Virus record (IMG/VR): IMGVR_UViG_3300032162_000173
Location: 1-60,149 of that record
DNA length: 60,149 nucleotides
Reading direction: 5' to 3' (one strand)
From: a virus
Taxonomy: Duplodnaviria > Caudoviricetes
Shown here: piece after piece, positions 55,992 through 60,149 of the stretch
Position numbering within the stretch: position 1 is the first letter of the stretch
Layout: each line of letters begins with the position of its first letter
The notes under the pieces: model-generated
What the model saw: the letters and a program-made list of their open reading frames with translations, nothing else
Told to the model about the DNA's origin: nothing
Databases searched by the model: none
Made by a program: the position numbers and the translations under genes

Positions 55992-56282
55992 ATGGACTAC
56001 CAAATTTTAGAATCGAGAATTGAATTTAAAGACAATAAAATTGAGCGTATAACTGTGTTAGTTGATTACACCGGCAATATCTTAAAGCCTTACAGCGACG
56101 TAAGAGCTATTTATGCAACGACAAAGCCAAAAGGTGGTTATATGAGCATACCACCAAATGCAAAAATTAGCAATGCTTTGCTGCAGGAAGTCGCTGCTGC
56201 TGGTATGGAAACAGTAGATAGGGATGAAATATTTCCCAATTGTAAAAAGAAATACTACTATGCAGGTAACACCTGCTGCTAA
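55992..56282 (+). CDS. Hypothetical early protein
   Basis: ORF in the early operon. Confidence 0.55.
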   Translation: MDYQILESRIEFKDNKIERITVLVDYTGNILKPYSDVRAIYATTKPKGGYMSIPPNAKISNALLQEVAAAGMETVDRDEIFPNCKKKYYYAGNTCC

Positions 56283-56309
56283 TACATCAATAAAAAAAAA
56301 AGCAATTGT

Positions 56310-56528
56310 ATGACTCACCCGGATTTACATGAACAAATGCGCCTGCAGGAAGAACGAATAAGGTCTGCACAACATGAGGTAAGTAAGCAGTTTACTACAG
56401 CCGAGATAATTGAGGTTATTAATGCTAAGAAAAACCGTGCAAGAGCCGCCTCACCCCCCGCCCTCTCCTCACGGAGAGGGAGCTTTGGCGGTTTGCCTCT
56501 ATCATCCTTTAAGAGGCAGGTTGCATGA
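56310..56528 (+). CDS. Hypothetical protein containing an in-frame REP-like insertion
   Basis: REP copy at 56449-56480 is translated as SPPALSSRRG. Confidence 0.5.
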   Translation: MTHPDLHEQMRLQEERIRSAQHEVSKQFTTAEIIEVINAKKNRARAASPPALSSRRGSFGGLPLSSFKRQVA

Positions 56529-56926
56529 TGGAAAGAGTCAGTTTTTCTCATAACTACAATGGTAAACTTTTTACGGATTGTTTCGGATCTGTGCAATTGG
56601 AAGACAGCGAACGGTTTTTTGCAGGCAATATGCTGACTGGTTTGTACAAGAATGAAAATATAGGTCTGCTGAAAGTGGAAGCCGTAAGAAAGTTTCGGTT
56701 TCAACACATAAGTGATGTATTGGCCTATATAGAATGCGGCAAGCCCGCGCACTATCTGGCAGAAGTAATCAGAAAAAGTGCAGCGGCAGACGGATATATC
56801 GTGAAGCCGGAGACGAGGTTAGACCATGTAGTTTTTTGTTATGAAACCAGAAACATAACCATCCACTCAGCGCTGCTGCAGCAGTGGTGGCAGGAAAAGA
56901 AAACGCAAAACAAACCCATGCTATGA
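56525..56926 (+). CDS. Hypothetical early protein (possibly PUA/ASCH-like)
   Basis: FSHNYNGKL start; family assignment is tentative. Confidence 0.5.
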   Translation: MMERVSFSHNYNGKLFTDCFGSVQLEDSERFFAGNMLTGLYKNENIGLLKVEAVRKFRFQHISDVLAYIECGKPAHYLAEVIRKSAAADGYIVKPETRLDHVVFCYETRNITIHSALLQQWWQEKKTQNKPML

Positions 56927-57366
56927 TTACTATTATCACTATCCATGACTGTGCTCTTTATGAAAATTTTGTAAGCCCCAGGCTTTGCCACGATCTTACA
57001 ACCTTTGGCCTATCGCACAACACCCACTACAGGTGGAGTATTAACGGCGAAGACATAAAGCTTGATACCTGTCTTTTCGATCATGACGGCTATTACCAAA
57101 AAAGCATGCATTTGCTTGACGAAACAAATAAACCCTTTATCATTCCGGCCTACAGTATAAAAGATGTTGAAAAGGCTTTGCCCTATTTCCTCCTTACAAA
57201 AAACGATCGCGGTTACGAAATCTCTTTAGAAAAAATATTTGAAGTGGAAAGCAAGATAGCGCTGCGCATGCCTGACGCAATGGGCGCCTTGCTGCTGGAA
57301 GCTATAAAGAAGAATGTTGTCAGCCTGGAAAAGATAAACCACATTATAGAAAAACAGGCTGCCTGA
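56884..57366 (+). CDS. Hypothetical early protein
   Basis: ORF in the early operon (IPAYSIKDV motif). Confidence 0.55.
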   Translation: MVAGKENAKQTHAMITIITIHDCALYENFVSPRLCHDLTTFGLSHNTHYRWSINGEDIKLDTCLFDHDGYYQKSMHLLDETNKPFIIPAYSIKDVEKALPYFLLTKNDRGYEISLEKIFEVESKIALRMPDAMGALLLEAIKKNVVSLEKINHIIEKQAA

Positions 57367-57457
57367 AGATGGTTTGATGTTAAACATAGAGATGGAAAAG
57401 GCGGCTTAGCCGGTCACTGGCGGCCGCCAATTTTTTAAAGGATTTTAACCTGCAGTT

Positions 57458-57787
57458 ATGAAAGTAAAAATATCTAATGAGGATTTGATTTTGCTGGAAA
57501 GGGACATATGCAAACAGAAAAATAATTTCCCTTCTTTCAATTTTTTAAATCGCGACAAAGTTGCTGCTTTTTATAATGATAACAAAGAGGCGCTGAATCT
57601 GTCAAAAGAAAAGACTGACGAGCTCATGAATAAGCATGTTCAATTGGATTCGCAAGGTAACTGGAGCGCAGTGACGGTAAACGAACAATTTGTAAAATGG
57701 GCGTTTTTAAGTGAAGCTGACGAGGATTTGTACAAAAAGAAGTACGATAGATTAATGAAGACTCTTGTTGAGGTTACTTTTTTATAG
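57458..57787 (+). CDS. Hypothetical early protein
   Basis: ORF in the early operon. Confidence 0.55.
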   Translation: MKVKISNEDLILLERDICKQKNNFPSFNFLNRDKVAAFYNDNKEALNLSKEKTDELMNKHVQLDSQGNWSAVTVNEQFVKWAFLSEADEDLYKKKYDRLMKTLVEVTFL

Positions 57788-57843
57788 GTTCACATATAGC
57801 AATCGTTAGAAGGCCACTCCTGTATCTACAGGAGGGCTATTTT

Positions 57844-57938
57844 ACAGGAGTGGCGGAATTGGTCAAACGCAAAGGGTTAATGGGAAATCTAACGAGACTA
57901 CCGCTCTAAAGCTGCAGGTTCGATTCCTGCCTCCTGTA
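57844..57938 (+). tRNA. tRNA-like element with a non-canonical anticodon arm (pseudo-tRNA or insertion-containing tRNA)
   Basis: Acceptor ACAGGAG/CTCCTGT-A, D-arm GCG-GAATTGGTCAAA-CGC and T-arm GCAGG-TTCGATT-CCTGC are intact. No canonical 7-nt anticodon loop. Confidence 0.6.
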
Positions 57939-58012
57939 CGGTTTAGTTTTCATAGGGTATTGGATTTTTTGAATAAGAAAAATCCGGGCTTGTATATACT
58001 TGCCCGGAACAT

Positions 58013-58084
58013 AGCGGGATAGAGCAGCGGCAGCTCGTTGGGCTCATAACCCAGAGGTCGGAGGTTCGAATCCTTCTCCCGCCA
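58013..58084 (+). tRNA. tRNA-fMet (CAT, initiator type)
   Basis: Anticodon arm TTGGG-CTCATAA-CCCAG with three G-C pairs, 1:72 mismatch (A/C), T-arm GGAGG-TTCGAAT-CCTTC. CCA is not encoded. Confidence 0.9.
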
Positions 58085-58291
58085 CAAGGTAATGTTAGAG
58101 TAGAACAATTGCCCTTTTTTCATGAAACACTTCATGTGGGTCACATGACCTAAGCCGGTCGGGTAAGCGCCGGCAATTTTAGAAATAGTATTAGTGAAAT
58201 TATAATAATTGCATCCGTATGCCTTACAGCAGGGTATAGTATTGGGTTTATCGTAGGGTCATTATTAAAAAAACCTAAGCAATAAAAGGCT

Positions 58292-58516
58292 ATGAAAATT
58301 ACTATAGAAAGTACATCAAAAATTATTCACTTAAATGAGGTCCCAGCAAGAATTTGGGAAGGTCATACCGAAAGCGGAATAAAGGTGCATTGTTACATTA
58401 CAAGAATAGCGATTGATAAAGATGAACCGAGAACGGACGAGTTTCAGAAAGAATTGCTTGAACAAAAAGCGCCTTCTGCAGAAATTGAAGCAATCCCATT
58501 AAGAATGCTTATTTAA
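58292..58516 (+). CDS. Hypothetical protein
   Basis: VPARIWEGHTESGIKVHCYITRIA; compact phage ORF. Confidence 0.65.
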   Translation: MKITIESTSKIIHLNEVPARIWEGHTESGIKVHCYITRIAIDKDEPRTDEFQKELLEQKAPSAEIEAIPLRMLI

Positions 58517-58574
58517 GAAGATGTTACGAAAACTGCAGCTACAGGTACGGATCAACTAAAATAAATAACCAGCT

Positions 58575-58802
58575 ATGAAATACTTTAGGTCAGATATAGG
58601 GGAGGTTAAAATTGCCAGTGGTAAGACGATGCAATTTGATCTCAATAAAAGAGAAGTAGAATCTGACGAATTTATCACCATCATAGATGGCTTTTTTGCA
58701 GAAGAAGCTATAGCAGCCACAGGCAAGCACCTGGTATGGGACAGCCTTAAGCATGGCCAGCCTGTAATAGTGGATAATGTCTGCCTGTCAATAAAAATGT
58801 AA
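58575..58802 (+). CDS. Hypothetical protein
   Basis: ORF in the early operon. Confidence 0.5.
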   Translation: MKYFRSDIGEVKIASGKTMQFDLNKREVESDEFITIIDGFFAEEAIAATGKHLVWDSLKHGQPVIVDNVCLSIKM

Positions 58803-58807
58803 AGCCC

Positions 58808-59098
58808 ATGCTTTGTTACCGATTAAAAGAGCTGATCATCAGCAAATATGGCAAGAATAAGTACGAGACCGGCAAGCAGATCGTTGCCCAGTGGCTGAGC
58901 AAGGAAACAGGTCACCCGGTGAGTGCCGAAGCTGTGCAGCAATGCTGCGATGCTAATATTCCGGAAGAGTTTTATGTTTCACCCGAGATGGTTACCGCAT
59001 TACTAAAGCTGTTTGGTTTAAAGCTGCCGGAAGAGCTTGTTACATTAAAAAGTGCCCGTAAAGCACCTGAAATTGAAGAATTTTTAATCATAAAATAA
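58808..59098 (+). CDS. Hypothetical protein, possibly HTH-like
   Basis: YRLKELI...LLKLFGLKLPEEL resembles an XRE-like outline. Confidence 0.5.
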   Translation: MLCYRLKELIISKYGKNKYETGKQIVAQWLSKETGHPVSAEAVQQCCDANIPEEFYVSPEMVTALLKLFGLKLPEELVTLKSARKAPEIEEFLIIK

Positions 59099-59109
59099 AA
59101 ACTGCAATT

Positions 59110-59382
59110 ATGGAAAAAGGGATAAAAGCAATAGAAATGTTGCTGGATAGTAAAAAGTCTGAGTTGAAATACTGTATTCAGAGTCTGGAAGAAGGTCAGC
59201 AAAGTAAAAGCCTCCTAACCGAGGAGATAGCGCAAATTGAAAAGGCTATTGCCAGGTTAAAAAGTCCGGAGCAACGAAAAGAGAGAGACAGCCAACATAC
59301 AGAATTACCTCCATTTTTTGAATTTATTGAAAGCCTAAGGAGAGTGGCAGAGCCTGCTGAAAAAGCTATCCGCCCAGATTAA
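59110..59382 (+). CDS. Hypothetical coiled-coil protein
   Basis: ORF in the early operon. Confidence 0.5.
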   Translation: MEKGIKAIEMLLDSKKSELKYCIQSLEEGQQSKSLLTEEIAQIEKAIARLKSPEQRKERDSQHTELPPFFEFIESLRRVAEPAEKAIRPD

Positions 59383-59540
59383 ATTATTTTTTATTACTAT
59401 TTTAAGGAGATGGTCTTACGTAGAAATAGATTTCCATTCGATGATAATGACATAGTATTTAATGCTAATCATTGGCTTGCTGATCGTCTGTCTGTTTTTA
59501 AAATAAATATTATTTCACCCCTCTGAAAAAGTTATAGACT

Positions 59541-60149
59541 ATGGGAATTTTAGGCAAGAAAGCTGTACATCGTTTAACAGGATTTAAAGGCATTATTACA
59601 GGCATAATCACTGACATATATGAGCCTGACAAATTCGGTATTTCTGCTCAACGTTTTGAAAAAATGAAAGGCCGCCATACTTACTGGTACGACGAGAAGG
59701 AAGTTCACATAATTGATGAAGAAGATGAAGACGAAGAAGTACAGGCAAACAAAATTATATCAGATGAACAGCATAAAAGGAACGTCAACCAAATTGAGCG
59801 AAGAAGTGCCCAAGAAAATAGAGTCGAAAATTTTTTATTCCGCCTGTTAGGAGACAGTCGGAAAAACCTTTTGGTTGCTTTTAGAAGACGTGATGAAGTG
59901 GAGAGAAGGGATTTTAAACTGGAAACCAAAGTTACCCGAAGCGGTAGTAGTGATGTTCATCTTGTTCTGGTGGAACCCGAAAGTGATGAAAATCTGGATA
60001 AATGGGGTGAGGCGATTATAAAAGCTGAGGTCCTTTTGGGTATTATTGAAAAGGAACAATTGCATGAGATATCAAACCCTAATTTCTTTAAGGCAATGCA
60101 AGCTAAGTACCTTTTCAGGTATGGGAAAGACGAAAGTCGTAATGGATGA
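59541..60149 (+). CDS. Hypothetical protein
   Basis: ORF ending at the window edge. Confidence 0.55.
   Translation: MGILGKKAVHRLTGFKGIITGIITDIYEPDKFGISAQRFEKMKGRHTYWYDEKEVHIIDEEDEDEEVQANKIISDEQHKRNVNQIERRSAQENRVENFLFRLLGDSRKNLLVAFRRRDEVERRDFKLETKVTRSGSSDVHLVLVEPESDENLDKWGEAIIKAEVLLGIIEKEQLHEISNPNFFKAMQAKYLFRYGKDESRNG

Noticed and set aside
60140-60149. Circular permutation or terminal repeat joining the window ends
   Set aside because: Only ATGGA is shared between the two ends, which is too short to indicate a terminal overlap.

Overview
The window is most of a temperate tailed prophage or phage from a Bacteroidota host, inferred from TAnnTTTG-type promoters, signal peptides cleaved before Gln and the gene families present. 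Gene order: large serine recombinase unit (1-2128); early and replication genes (2.2-8.8 kb); an accessory array (8.9-12.0 kb); head, packaging, portal, fibre, lysis and tail genes (12.9-51.8 kb); morons and a divergent CI/Cro-like switch (51.8-55.4 kb); early genes with tRNA-fMet and a tRNA-like element. The main unexplained structure is an integron-like cassette array at 8908-12041. Each cassette is bounded by its own GTT...AAC terminal inverted repeat, with a G-T wobble at position 11 in the five cassettes that have well-matched ends. Cassettes are separated by 119-120 bp stem-loop spacers (one is 283 bp), and no IntI gene is present in the window. One cassette carries a circularly permuted two-piece tmRNA with predicted tag GKLIAFGRPAVKAAA. 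Other signals: eight exactly spaced GTCCTTT/-7 late promoters, signal peptides on fibre-region proteins, a double-PAS membrane protein in the lysis cassette, about 13 REP-like palindromes (three inside ORFs), and two c4-like leader RNA structures. All protein calls come from motif recognition by eye and gene context; no database searches were run.
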